The translations under genes and the position numbers were made by a program. Positions 11,452 to 24,787 of a stretch of DNA of 45,362 nucleotides are shown here, piece by piece. Below the pieces are notes generated by a model. It saw only the letters and a program-made list of their open reading frames with translations, was not told the origin of the DNA and made no database searches. Source of the stretch: Macrostomum lignano (Eukaryota); assembly GCA_002269645.1 (NCBI GenBank), contig NIVC01000650.1, forward strand, positions 262,194 to 307,555, in the 5' to 3' direction. Each line of letters begins with the position of its first letter. The first letter of the stretch is position 1.

Positions 11452-11899
11452 CTGTGAAGTCGGTGCTGCAGCATCGGGCGAGTAGTTCCTTGTCAATGAT
11501 CGCTGCGGAGTTGCCGGAGCGGATTTGGACGGCGAGAACGGTTTTTTTACCGGTGCGGCGGACAGGATCTGCTGATGATGGCAGTTCAACAGCGGCTGTC
11601 TCGGCTGAGTCTGCGGACTTGACAGCGGGGTTTCCCCAGTCGCAGTAGTGGTTGCTTCTACGGCCAAAGAAGAAGCTCCTGTTACAGCAGACGCAGCTAA
11701 AGCAGCTGCAGCCACCGCCGCCGCGGAGGCGGCAATGGAATTCGTCGAAGAATTCGATGATGAAGCATCGAAATTTCCCGAATCCGAGCTACCGGAACCT
11801 GCCGAGTCGCGGCTGCCAGCTACAACATTGCAGCGCCGCTTTACAGTTGGTAGTAGTCGTTGCTGATCTACTTCCATACGGCTGGTTTGAGCTACCAAG
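11452..11899 (-). CDS. SH3-domain protein, coding exon 2 (low-complexity Ser/Ala/Pro)
   Basis: The CAG acceptor at 11902-11900 gives phase 2, matching exon 1. Phase-0 donor CAG|GTGAG at 11452/11451. Open frame 11431-11898. Confidence 0.75.
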
Positions 11900-12247
11900 C
11901 TGATTGGAGTGGGGGTGCATTGATCAGCTTAACGAAAAAATGTGAGCCAACTCATTTTAGTAAATCCGTTCAGACTAAACAGTAAAAATAAGATACAAAA
12001 AGGCTTTTAAATTGCCTTGTTTGCTATACGCTCGTAGTTGAATTTGATCCACACTTTGTCTCAATGTCTCCTAAATATTTAAATGCATAAAAAGACAGGG
12101 TGATCTTAAATCGCTACATGCTCTTGGTTACTGCTTTATGAAGAACAAAGCAGACAGCCTATGCAGTGACTAACTCTGCTTAATCTGCTAGTTTAATGAG
12201 TAAAAGCTTATCGTGAACAAGATAATAATTGGATGAAAATAACTTAC

Positions 12248-12876
12248 CCAGACGAGCGTTCCGTCGCCGCGTTTGCCAAGTCACCTGCCGTCCCTGGTGG
12301 CAGCTCTCGCACGTACTGCTCCAGACTGGGCACGCGTCTCTCACAGGTCCGGTCGTGCTTCACGGCGAACAGGAACGGAAAGTAGCCGCTTCGCCGATTG
12401 CGCCGTCGGCCAGCCAAGGCAAAGGCCCATCTCTGCTGCACGTGGTACAGCACCCGGACCAGGTCGCCGCGGCGCACGCTAAGCTCGCCAGGCCTGCCCG
12501 CGCGAAAGTCGTACAAAACTCGAGCTCGGACTCCACGGCGAAAAATTGTCGGCGCATCCGCCGAAGCGGACAGCGTCGAGGAAGACGTCGACGATGTTGA
12601 AGTTGTCGACGAGGTGTCGGATTCGGCACTTAACGGACGCTCAGCTTCGGGCGTCGAGTCGCAGCTGTCCGTGGAGGACGAAGCAGAAGAAATCGACATG
12701 TTTGAGGCTGAAACCGACGCCGAGGTGGATTCTTGCTGCTGCTGCTGCTGCTGCGGCGGCGGCTTGCGGTGGCAGCCGCCGTCATCGGTGGACAGCTCCT
12801 GCTGTGGCTTTGACCTTCTGGATTGCGCCGCCGCTCGCGCAAATATCGGCGACGGTGCAGCGAAGCGACGCTGCAT
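12248..12876 (-). CDS. SH3-domain protein, coding exon 1 (Ser-rich N-terminus plus one SH3 domain)
   Basis: RARVLYDFRAGRPGELSVRRGDLVRVLY...W...GYFP matches the SH3 consensus (ALYDY..EL.+..GD...W..G.FP). Phase-2 donor GG|GTAAG at 12248/12247. Confidence 0.85.
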
Positions 12877-13989
12877 TGACGGCCGTCGATTTGATTATTG
12901 ATAATCACTGACGAAATTCCCTGAATAAATCTTTTTTAGAGAATTGATGCCTCGCTTAGTCAATAAGCCGATGTGTGGTTTTTACCTGTACGAACGGTAA
13001 TGGTAACGGGTGCTATAGTTATAAAACATTTCTATTGTTCAAAAAAAGAAAAAGTTTATTAAAATTTTCTGCATTCGTGAATACGAACAGGTTATTTATA
13101 AACTTTCCTCAAGAGATTTGTAACTCGTAGTGTATTCTTTTTTGACCTAACAGAACGGATAGTTTGATTTTGACGAACACGTTGCTCTCTTGGAGCTGCA
13201 TCTGATTACTCAATGATTGCGTATCACGATCATGCTTTTGTAGATCACGAGCTTAAAGGCGGTCCTGCGTCAGAAGCTGAAATCCGTCATGCTATTCAAA
13301 GTTAAAACGGATGCTCCCTGTCATCGGTCTTGTCCTCCTGTCATTACCGGAGCCCCATTGCGGATAATGATACCGTATGAACTCAAAACAAGGAGCAAAT
13401 GATGTCTTCTTCAAAGGCTATTTGATATTTTTATCAAGATTTTCATGTCAAGGCTTACGAACTTTAAGTAATAATCAGGCTTGAGACGACCTTAGCAACT
13501 AAGCATCTCTGAAGTCGCTCAGATTATTTGGACAAATAAATCAGAATTAGTTGATTGCCGTCTCTAGGAATTGCAACTAACGCAACAGCTCTGATCGGGC
13601 TCTGAGGGCTCTGTTGAAAAAAGCAGAAGTACCTGCCGGCTCTAATAATGAAAGGGCATTGTAGAGGCGGGCTAGGTGGGATAGTGTGCAAAGGCTGCCT
13701 AGAAACCATGAATCATTCAGTAGCTGGCCGCTCGGAGGTTGCGAAAGGCAAAAGGGGACCCCGACTCTTAAGCAAATTTCCCACAGGATTATTTGTATCA
13801 AGATGCTTTCCATTTCTTGGGCGGGATTATGCCCGGCATCAAATTTTAAGCTTAGATGCATCAAATCACTTTATTATCGGGGCAAAAGTCCAAGGTAAGC
13901 TATTCATAGTATTCGTAGTAAGAGCCTACTGCATGGGTAAAATGTACTTTATCCTTCCTGGATCTCACGCATTCTGTCACTTCTAGAGA

Positions 13990-14151
13990 AACTGTGTTCC
14001 CCTGTCTGTCACTCCATCTAGCGTAACTGTGTCCTCTGTCTGTCACTCCATCTAGCGTAACTGTGTCTCCTGTCTGTCATTCCATCTAGCGTAACTGTGT
14101 ACCCTGTCTGTCACTCCATCTAGCGTAACTGTGTACCCTGTCTGTCACTCC
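13990..14151. repeat. Minisatellite, ~34-35-bp unit (AACTGTGTNCCCTGTCTGTCACTCCATCTAGCGT), ~4.5 copies
   Basis: Directly visible tandem copies. Confidence 0.9.
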
Positions 14152-14789
14152 TTCCGCCTTAAGGTGTACGTCCCCCGAGACTCCCGAAACAGCCTACAAG
14201 TTCCCATATATGCATTAAGACGAAATCAGCAATAGACAGAATGGATAACCCACCCCGCTCCATTTGGCAGTTTACAAATTTAGAAACCAGATATTGATTG
14301 TTTCAGAAAAAAAGGCATTGATCAGCCTGGAATGCGGGGAAATTTAAGCAGACATAAAAAAACAGGAAACAGTCAGAAAGGCAAAAGGCTCAGCTTTTCT
14401 GCATGACTGGGATGGGGACTCGAATTACCCAAAAGCTACAGGTCTGTCCTGTTTTCACTACATAGAATGGCAGAGCAAGGTTAGATTTGGCTTACAAAGC
14501 GGCTTGGGTTTCCAATCGGTGCTTTCACCATTCACCCAGCGCATTTCCCCCTCTTTTTGTTCGTCTGTTCCCATTTTGCTTTCAAAGACTGCTATGCGCT
14601 TCATTGGTTTGTCGAATAGGATGGAATTGCGAATTGATATTTTTCTGAGGCAGCCGGCTGAATAAAAAAATCAGTCGCACTTTATAAAAAAAATTGCCGA
14701 GATACTCGTAACTCAGTGTGCATCAGAGAAAAATGTTAATAGGTAGATTAATCAATTATACAAGTAAATTAATTACACCGACTTCACGC

Positions 14790-16030
14790 CAATTTTCAGT
14801 CACTTGTGCTATCAACTTTAATTCACTAGCATTATCGATTTTCAGTCACTGATACTATCGATTTCATTTACTAAAAATATCGATTTTCAATCACAAATAA
14901 TGTTAGTGACTGAAATCTATAATGTTAGTGACTGAAATCGATAATGATAGTGACTAAGTCTTGATAATATTAGTAACAAAGAATTTATATTATCGCTTTC
15001 AATCACTAATATTATCGATTTAAGGCACTAATATTATCGATTTAAGGCACTAATATTATCGATTTAAGGCACTAATATTATCGATTTAAGGCACTAATAT
15101 TATCGATTTAAGGCACTAATATTATCGATTTAAGGCACTAATATTATCGATTTAAGGCACTAATATTATCGATTTAAGGCACTAATATTATCGATTTAAG
15201 GCACTAATATTATCGATTTAAGGCACTAATATTATCGATTTAAGGCACTAATATTATCGATTTAAGGCACTAATATTATCGATTTAAGGCACTAATATTA
15301 TCGCTTTCAATCACTAATATTATCGATTTAAGGCACTAATATTATCGATTTAAGGCACTAATATTATCGATTTAAGGCACTAATATTATCGATTTAAGGC
15401 ACTAATATTATCGATTTAAGGCACTAATATTATCGATTTAAGGCACTAATATTATCGATTTAAGGCACTAATATTATCGATTTAAGGCACTAATATTATC
15501 GATTTAAGGCACTAATATTATCGATTTAAGGCACTAATATTATCGCTTTCAATCACTAATATTATCGATTTAAGGCACTAATATTATCGATTTAAGGCAC
15601 TAATATTATCGATTTAAGGCACTAATATTATCGATTTAAGGCACTAATATTATCGATTTTAGTCACTAATATTATCGATTTAAGGCACTAATATTATCGA
15701 TTTCAGTCACTAATATTATCGCTTTCAATCACTAATATTATCGATTTTAGTCACTAATATTACCGATTTTAAGACACTAATATTATCGATTAAAGGCACT
15801 AATATTATCGATTTAAGGCACTAATATTATCGATTTAAGGCACTAATATTATCGATTTAAGGCACTAATATTATCGATTTAAGGCACTAATATTATCGAT
15901 TTAAGGCACTAATATTATTGATTTAAGGCACTAATATTATCGAGTTCAGTCACTAATATTGTCGATTTCAGGCACTAATATTATCGATTTCAGGCACAAT
16001 TACTATCGATTTTCAATCACCACTGCTATC
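14790..16030. repeat. AT-rich satellite, 22-bp unit CACTAATATTATCGATTTAAGG, ~45 homogeneous copies (15004-15990) with degenerate flanks
   Basis: Period 22 (15004, 15026). A short reverse-oriented block lies at ~14898-14976. Confidence 0.97.
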
Positions 16031-17575
16031 GATCTTTAGGCGCCAATGATTGCAGATACATGTTATTACAGGTAGCTTCCACAGTAATAATTATTACGTT
16101 AATTCAAGCTACTCATTCTGAAGTGGGCTGTCATTTAGCTGCCTCCATCATCCGGCAAACTTTCCGTCGCGCATGCCTAATTAAATATTCATGAGCTTTG
16201 TTGCTAGGCTAGATGGGCCTTCAGCTAAAGCTAGTACGCTCGTGACTCTCTCCTAAGCCAGCTCGAATAGCAGAGGGCGGGTCTGGCGCAGTCACGCCAG
16301 CTGTTTGGGATAAGCCATAGGAATCGCCTCATTGAGTTCTATAGTATGACAGAGGACTCGTTCTACCGCTTGGGGTAAGTCTATCCTTAGGAGTATTTAT
16401 TGTATTTATCCTGATTGATGCCGAAATCTGTGCAATAAGTGCCTCTGATTATATAGCATCATTATGCCCCCACAATTAATATTATTAAGGGTTGCTACTG
16501 TGTGTACAAGCTTAGACTGGGCTTATTGTTGTACCATAATTTATTAGATTCGGAAGTATACAAAGTAATATTAACCAATTTACATGCTATTGGGGCATAT
16601 TTACAGCATATTTCTGTTCACCTGCCCCATTATCCCATTGTACTAACCTTGTACACCCTGAATGCTGCCGTTACATGTATGTTCTCATTAATTTCCCAAG
16701 CCACAAATCTTGAGCAAAGCATTAAATTTCCATTACACTTCAGGACATACGAAAGAATCACCGACCTGCTCGCAAATGAAAATGTACAAAAAATGTAACA
16801 GCTTCACGAAGAGTACGCCTTCCATTTTTACATGATCGCAATTGTTCTGCACATGTATATCATTAGCTAAGCTGGGCTAGGGTTATCGATCTGACAGATA
16901 TTTTATGGCTTGTGCGCGAGCTCAAATAATGACAGCTCGCCTATCGCTGTCGCGTCAAACGATACGCGCCCTGCCTCCCGGATGAGGGGGTGGGGGCGTG
17001 GTCGGCCCCGACTCAGTCCCAATTCCCAACGAAGCTGGGGATGAAGGTTGTGCCCGAGAGGTAGCATAGAGACAGACAGACAAAGAGACTGAGGAAATTA
17101 ATGGCTTTGTCCCTATGTCTTAACGATTGCAATCTGCGATAGAGCAGCACAATGCGCAAGCCCGGCTTATGCACCAAAATAACCAATCCTATTCTTTAGA
17201 AACAGCATCAGGAAAGTTGCCTCCGTGTTGTGGCCAAGCTGTTCAAAAGAAAGCTCTCTGCAAATAATTCGGCCGTCAATCTGGACTGAACTCTGCGCTG
17301 GCTTAAGTCTGGGGATTTCGTCGTTCACGTTTCCAGTCAATAGTAAGAACATTAAGTAGAGAATGGAAGCGTTGACCTGCAACCCAAAATGCGACATCTA
17401 GTAAAGTCTGCAGTGGACAATTGAAATTGACAGGCGATTCTGCAGGGGATTTAGTTCCCCTTAGAGGCTGAAGTTAAATGGATTAGATTTGAAAAGTGCA
17501 ACTACGATAGAAAAAGGTCACAATGGTCGAATAATTTTAGGAAAAACAGTGGCAGTGCCAGAAATTAAAAAATTG

Positions 17576-17594
17576 TATCTATCTATCTAATGCC

Positions 17595-17627
<33 letters not shown>

Positions 17628-17631
17628 GGAT
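17576..17631. repeat. Short (TATC)n/(GATA)n microsatellite in inverted arrangement
   Basis: TATCTATCTATCT-AATGCC-TAGATAGATAG... Confidence 0.85.
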
Positions 17632-20600
17632 AGTGCAGAGTTAAGATAAGCTCGGCTCACTGCAGTTGCCATGCCAGACTGAACAATGTGAGAAAAATTG
17701 CTGCCGGAGACCAAATATGACAGGGGATGCGAGAAGCTTTGGCTGCACGGCTCTCCCAAGCCAGCAAATTTGATTTTTTATCCCCTCCAGCATCTCCCCA
17801 GCATCTCCCCAGCCCTCACGCCGCTTCAGCCACCCATGCGCTCGCGCCTCCCCCCTGTCGATTTCTGTCGCTGCGAGGAGTTAGGGGAGGGCGATTTTCC
17901 CAGCCGCTGACGGTTGTGTCCCAGAATCTGGCGCACATTCACAGTGCATATTTACGACTTATATGATACCATAAACAATATCGTGCCAGAGCAGAGAGGC
18001 CACCACCCAGTGCCTTTTGTCTTGATCTCTCTTTCACTGGCCTACCACTCCTTCCTATTCGGTCTGTTTGCCTCTGCCGCTGACTTCCTGTGTGACAGGG
18101 CCATCGCTATACAGTGTGAAGGTATCGGCAGACGTTTTTCCCACGTAGCATCACCTTGCTGTACTTTTCAGTGAGAAACTATACGACAATGGATATAGAT
18201 ATTGTTGGAATCGATGAAGGAATTCACAATGGATAATCGGAGTCTATCCTAGGACTAGGATTTCTTCGAGGATGTTCAGTCTTGAGAGCTTGTGAAGCTC
18301 ATGAAGTGGCCAGCAAGACCTTTAGATGAGGTGAAGTTTCGACCTAATGAAAATTCGAGCTTGCGAAGCACCCCGCCTTGATTTGCGGCAGTGACCAATA
18401 CTACTACGTAACTGAAAGTCTCAGTCAAAAGGCAGAAAATCAATTTGTTTATTACAATAATTGGCAAATGGATTTGGTCGGCTTATGAAAATAAAAGAAA
18501 CTGCGCGTTGAATCTAAGCCACTGATGAATTAAATTGGCACCGGAACCACACGTCGTGTTCCCGTAAGGCCAATCAAAGCCTTTCAAACTTGCGCGCGCT
18601 TACTCAAATTCGTTGAGTAAATATTTGGCAAACTATGCACACGCACTCTGCCGTTGTTGCAACACAGGCCTCTCTAACTCTCTCTCGGGTCTCTCAAGGC
18701 CATACTCACCAATGCGTGTATACGCTCTGGTTACTTCTCTCGCCCCATAGTGCCCCCGCCTTCATCTCTCTTCATTAACGGGGACAAACGCGAGTTGGTA
18801 CTCAGCCACCTTCGCCCGAAAATTGGTTTCCCCATAGCCGAGACGCGGGCGCGGCCGTAGCAACAGGCAAATTTCGAGCATTGGCTGATTGAATATCCGG
18901 CAACTGCAAACTGCCTTCACCCACTTCATGCGACTTCGGTCTTCGGTCGCCTCGCTCAGATGGAGGCCCAGGGAGAATTCTCCCATCTATCTCCCTTTCC
19001 CACCCGCCTCATGGACAACTAAACTAGAAGGGACGCTTCATTCGCAATCCGTTAGATTTTCAGTCTTTTTAGGCCTAAATTTTAAATGAAGCAAACATGT
19101 GTCTCGTCCAAGGTGGTTAGTTATACGAGCGTATGTTTACCGAAAACAGGCAACCTGATTTCCAAAAAGTAATGTGTAATAAATTGCTTCTAGGTCAGTT
19201 TTATACTCGTATACCATTGATTATGTGATAGGTCTGCGTGCACCTTGGCCCAAGGACTTCGGCGACATCGTCCCAGCATCATCAGGCATGTACAGTCTCA
19301 GTCTCTGTGCCTTGAAAATCGGCCCTGATTGGTGCGAATCGCACGAAAAACCTCTCCTCCAATATTTCTCGTGCCCAAGTCCCCATACTAATGTTTGAAT
19401 CGAACCAGATTTCCAGCCGCGACAGTCAGACGTGATTGCCGCTTGACCCTGTAGGCGAATCTTTCTGGACAGAGTTTTGTCCGATTTTTGTGCAACTTCT
19501 CAGACAAAAAAGCGTTTTGCATAGAAAGTTCCAGTCTCCAGTGAAAGCACACATCTTATAACGACCGGCTGCTTTAGCTGTACCCTCACCTCCCCTCTCC
19601 AGCGGATATTACAGTGTGGGGCTTGCCATTGTAACCGCCGCCCCTCATCCCTTCGCAAACTTCTTCTTTCTAGCGCGACATCCAAGCCGCCAACTTCATC
19701 AACTATCAGAGCTCAGCTCACGCAGCCATGGCCCATTACCCGCGCCTGGGAAGAAGTTCCCATTGTTGCCAGCCGGCCAAATTGCAATTCTGAAGCCGTC
19801 TGGCAGAAGAGCGCGCAGAATATTGAATGAGCAGGCATTTCAAGCGGGGGCACAAGGACCACGCAGTCTCTGGCACTTTGCTACTGCACACTCCAAGCTA
19901 TTTTCCTGCTGCCCTAAAAAGCACTTTTCCAAATTCCGTGTCAATTCTTTCACCCTTGCCCGTGTCTGAACGCCTGACAATTGCCTGCTGTATAAACCGT
20001 CTCCTGGGCCGCCTCTTCTCTCTGTGCTTCATCTTGCTTATAGCAGCAGGGCAATTGGGAAGATTGGGGAGCTGAAGCTAGGCGGGGGAAGCGGCCTCTG
20101 CACCTGCCTGCTGCAGATGCCGCGTATTTACATACTGCTTGTATATATAAGGGTATATGCATGTGTAGCAGCTAGGCATCCACGTGGACTGTCGCGCATG
20201 ACTAAAGATTTTTGCAAGTTGAATCTTCAACAACTGCTATTGGTTAAACCAGTGCTGCAGCAGGCACCAGAGGCTGGGAAAGGTGGAGCGAGAGAGAGAG
20301 GCGAGAGCTGCCGAGTGGCAAGCAGTCTCCTGTTTCTCAGGGGATTTGCGCGGATCGATCACAGCTGTTAAGTATGCATGGTTTATACTCGTATGCATAT
20401 AGCTTGAGCCTATGCACTAAATCAGAACCTTGGCTTCTGCAGGGCACACTTATAAATTCTTAAAGTTGTTTCTCAGAAATTGCATAAGTTGGCTGTTTGA
20501 ATAAATAAATAATTGATATGAAGGTATGCTGTACAGATGGCAGCCACTTAAATTCCGGGCAGAGAGTCTCATTGTTCAACTGTGCAAACAATGTAACTCA

Positions 20601-20654
20601 ATGTGCTAACAAATATTGCTTTTAGAAGACAGAAAATAGGGCAAAAGGAATTTA

Positions 20655-20815
20655 AAAAAGGCAAGAAAACGTGGAAAAAAGCTTCAAAAGAGGCACAAAA
20701 AGAGTGGCGCTAAGAAAAAGCGTCAAAAGAGGCGCCAAAGAGTGACGCGAATAAAAAGCGCCAAAAGAGGCGCCAAAGAGTGACGCGAATAAAAAGCGCC
20801 AAAAGAGGCGCCAAG
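20655..20815. repeat. Purine-rich minisatellite (38-bp unit built from ~12-13-bp AAAAGAGGCGCC subunits)
   Basis: ATAAAAAGCG recurs at 20751 and 20789. Confidence 0.85.
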
Positions 20816-21268
20816 AGTGGGTGACTAGTAGGAGGTCGCTAAGCACTAGTTAGATTGGCATGGGATACTGCTGGCTAAGAAGGATGTGTTAAACTATCAT
20901 GCTATCTATGCCAGGTGAATGCAGATTAGAAACTCACCTATTCCACCTGATATTAGCTGGGTTGCGAAGGCAGCCTAGGGCCAGTAAAAAATTATTTTAG
21001 TCGAACTTAAAAAAATTCTTTGGTTGGAGTCACTGCTGAGCTGCTGGAAGTAAAAAAACACAACGCAATCGTGAATCTGTATTTGAGATATGTAAGTATC
21101 CTTTGCAGGCCCTTCTTTACTTTATACACTTAGCCAATGATGACAATTCGTTAGGTGGCTTTCTTTCCCAAGGTCTCTCATTGGTTCGTTACATAAAAGT
21201 ACATTTGGCTCAGAGGGACGAGGAAGTATAGCTGGCAGGTGCTGAGAATTTGAGGAAAGTAAATTTCA

Positions 21269-21525
21269 CGGATGTGGAATTTTGTGGATTTGGTAATTCA
21301 TGGATGTGGAATGTCTTGGATCTGGAAATTCATGGATGTGGAATTTCATGGGTGTGGAATTTCATGGATGTGGAATTTCATGGGTGTGGAATTTCATGGG
21401 TGTGGAATTTCATGGGTGTGGAATTTCATGGATGTGGAATTTCATGGATGTGGAATTTTATGGATGTGGAATTTCATGGATGTGATATTAAATGGATGTG
21501 GAATATTGTGGATGTGGAATTTCAA
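21269..21525. repeat. Minisatellite, 16-bp unit CATGG(A/G)TGTGGAATTT
   Basis: Directly visible. It explains ORFs 21250-21622. Confidence 0.93.
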
Positions 21526-22072
21526 AGATGTCGAAATCCGGAGCCAGGCAAGCACAGATAAACAGAACCCGCAGCGGCTTTTGGGGATAGAAATCCACCC
21601 AAGCGTTAGAAACAGGATCTGATAATGGGATCTGAAATGCTCTGAGCAGCCTAAAAGCTCAGTGCAGTCCAAGTGCTCACTTAGGGTTCGGGACCAGATG
21701 GACGATACAACGGTAGCTACACACATATACAGTGCTTTTCCATTAGCTTCGCAGGGAGAGCTCGAATGAGAAGCTGAGTACTTCATCTCTGATGGAAGCG
21801 CGGCTCTATGGACCGAATTATACAATCAACAAATCAATGCCATACAAGGAAACTGTAAAAAAGGCACGCAAACAGAATGTTCGATTCAATAATCATATTT
21901 TTGGGTTTTCGTGATGGGATAAAATGTGGCTCAATTATGAAATCCTAGATCCCAGTGGGGATTTGGGAATGAAAATACAGTAAGGGAGACAGCGTTAATG
22001 AAGGATTGGTTGCATTATAGCTGTCGGGATTAGGCTTGCTAGGAGTGCGGGGAAGCGACAGAAAATCAGCAA

Positions 22073-22222
22073 TCCCTGAAGGGAGACCCTGAAGGGAGAC
22101 CCTGAAGGGAGACCCTGAAGGGAGACCCTGAAGGGAGACCCTGAAGGGAGACCCTGAAGGGAGACCCTGAAGGGAGACCCTGAAGGGAGACCCTGAAGGG
22201 AGACCCTGAAGGGAGACCCTGA
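22073..22222. repeat. Perfect 13-bp minisatellite CCCTGAAGGGAGA, ~11.5 copies
   Basis: Directly visible. Confidence 0.97.
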
Positions 22223-22663
22223 AAGACACTAATGGGTGTGTAAACTAGCACCTCAGAAAAAAGAGTTCTTTCAATTATTTCAATTTAAAGAGCGAAAGTC
22301 GAGCACAAGCTCAATGTTGTTTATCAAACCCAGGAAAGCTGCGATCAAAGGTCAACAGTGTTTTCTGAGCTGGGCAGATCTGTTCTGCCCTAGAACAGCT
22401 CAACTTTGCTGTTGGCTACTTGAATTCTACCTTATATGTACTTCTTTTACTTTACATATAGGTCATTGTTTCATATAATGTAAATTTTACTGGAAAATTG
22501 TTTCAATGATTGCTATGATTCAATTTATCTAAGCTTTTCTAAATTATTAAGCAGATAAACTGATAGATAAATGGATTGATTTTGATGAGAAAAATAATAG
22601 ATTTTTTAATATTTAATTATATCGGTAAATTTCTTATTGTTCATTAGACTGAATAAGTTCAGT

Positions 22664-22785
22664 GATTGATTGATTGATTGATTTATTGATTGACTGATTT
22701 ATTGATTGATTGATTGATTGACTGATTGATTGACTGATTGATTGATTGATTGGTTGATTGATTGATTGACTGATTGATTGATTGG

Positions 22786-22829
<44 letters not shown>

Positions 22830-23025
22830 CTGATTGATTGATTGATTGACTGATTGATTGACTGATTGATTGATTGGTTGATTGATTGATTGATTGATTG
22901 ATTTATTTATTGATTGACTGATTTATTGATTGATTGATTGGTTGATTGATTGATTGATTGATTGATTGACTAATTGATTGATTGATTGATTGATTGGCTG
23001 ATTGATTGACTGATTGATTGATTGG

Positions 23026-23061
<36 letters not shown>

Positions 23062-23214
23062 CTGATTGATTGACTGATTGATTGACTGATTGATTGATTG
23101 GTTGATTGATTGATTGATTGATTGATTGATTTATTGATTGACTGATTTATTGATTGATTGATTGGTTGATTGATTGATTGATTGATTGACTGATTGATTG
23201 ATTGATTGATTGAC

Positions 23215-23249
<35 letters not shown>

Positions 23250-23419
23250 CTGATTGATTGGTTGATTGACTGATTGATTGACTGATTGATTGATTGACTG
23301 ATTGATTGACTGATTGATTGACTGATTGATTGACTGATTGATTGACTGATTGATTGATTGATTGATTGACTGATTGATTGATTGATTGATTGATTGACTG
23401 ATTGATTGACTGATTGACT
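22664..23419. repeat. (GATT)n/(GACT) microsatellite, ~750 bp
   Basis: Directly visible. Confidence 0.98.
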
Positions 23420-23825
23420 CAAAATTAAAGTGACTCGGAAAGTTCCCAAACTTGAATGCGTCTATGGCAGGAGCAAAGCAATTTTTTAGTATGAGCGAAC
23501 TCGAGACATGCGACCTTCGATTCTCTTTTTCTTATTAGAAATTTTCGGTTGAATTAATATCGACAACGATAAGGATGCGATTCCTGATCAACTACCACTT
23601 CTGGACTCCAAGCTTTGAACTGGAAAGTGAGTGAAACATGCAACGTGAGCCTGGCTAATATACTTGAACGCTTCAATGCTTTTCACTTGTGTTGCAGGGC
23701 CCTTAATTTTGTGTGTCTTTTACATGTCACAGTGGCTGCGCATGCTTGAGTGATGACGCATTAGGAAGTTTGGGATCTTTGAAGTTTTTAATATTAAAAT
23801 GAGCTATATATTGTTATACTTCGCC

Positions 23826-24026
23826 CCACTCTCGCGCCTCGATCCCAGGTTCGATTCCCTGCGCGAAATTCATTTGGGGCTTGTGAGAGAAAATTAGCCA
23901 GGGGGGTTGTCGTAAGATTCACAGCTCATGAGAGCCAGCCCCAGGAAACTGAGAGTGTACGAGCTACATGACTGACGATTAGAAAGTCAGGGCCGTTTGT
24001 ACACCCTGTGTGAGCGTGTGTGTGAG
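23826..24026 (+). mobile_element. tRNA-derived SINE-like element (A box missing or degenerate) with a (TG)-rich tail
   Basis: B-box/T-arm CCCAGGTTCGATTCCCTG at ~23844-23861, ~150 bp of body sequence, then TGTGTGAG repeats interrupted by the MITE. Confidence 0.55.
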
Positions 24027-24443
24027 CAGGGGCGTAGCCAGGAATATTGATTGGGGGGGGCGTGAGTTAGGGGGCGCCAGTTTCTTATAGAGGGGGGCGC
24101 CAGTTTCTTATAGGGGGGCGCCAGTTTCTTATAGGGGCGCCAGTTCCTTATAGGGGGGCGCCAGTTTCTTATAGGGGGGCGCCAGTTTCTTTTAGGGTGG
24201 GGGGGGGCGTCAGTTTCTTATAGGGGGAGGGGGGGGGCCCGTTTCTTATAGGGGGGGGGGCGCCAGTTTCTTATAGGGCGGGGCAGTTTTTTAGGGGGGC
24301 AGTTTATTTATGGGGGGCGCCAGGAAAGCGGCAGCATTTTCAAAGGGGCGGTAAAGCGCAGTTCTGGGGGGCGCCAAGGCCAGAGTTGGTGATTGGGGGG
24401 GGGGCTCGGCCCCCCTTGCCCCCCCCCTCTGGCTACGCCCCTG
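24027..24443. mobile_element. Non-autonomous hAT-type MITE (417 bp)
   Basis: 15-bp perfect TIRs CAGGGGCGTAGCCAG / CTGGCTACGCCCCTG. 8-bp TSD TGTGTGAG at 24019-24026 and 24444-24451. Internal GGGGGCGCCAGTTTCTTATA repeats. Confidence 0.9.
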
Positions 24444-24787
24444 TGTGTGAGTGCGTAAGGTATTGGCGCGCTTGTCTGTGATCAGGAGTCAGCGGGACGG
24501 GGCAGAATTGATGTCAGCACCGATTGTGGGACGATCTCGCCAAAGGCATTGCACCAGAGTGCCCTGCATAGTAGAGCCTAATTTCTCATGTAGTGCACGA
24601 CAAGACTCTGGCACTTTTACATGTACATGTAGCCCCTGGTGCTAAAACCCCTGGTACTGGCGTCCCCTGGTACTGGCGCCACTGGTGCTGGCGCCCCTGG
24701 TGCTGGCACCCCTGGTACTGGCGTCCCCTGGTACTGGCGCCACTGGTGCTGGCGCCCCTGTACACCCCGCCCGATGCCGCACCCCAG

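Noticed and set aside
13253-13290. TTAAAGGCGG... resembling a Kolobok-type terminus
   Set aside because: No matching inverted end with TTAA found.
13577-13864. 95-aa minus ORF with ARLYNAL...SAFFNRALR, faintly like the C-terminus of CR1/L2 LINE ORF2
   Set aside because: Too short and vague, with no RT motifs nearby. It needs a profile search.
16080-21250. Moderately GC-rich stretches with many 60-130-aa ORFs (possible retroelement remnants or upstream exons)
   Set aside because: No recognisable domain, codon bias, terminal repeats or consistent splice phases by eye.
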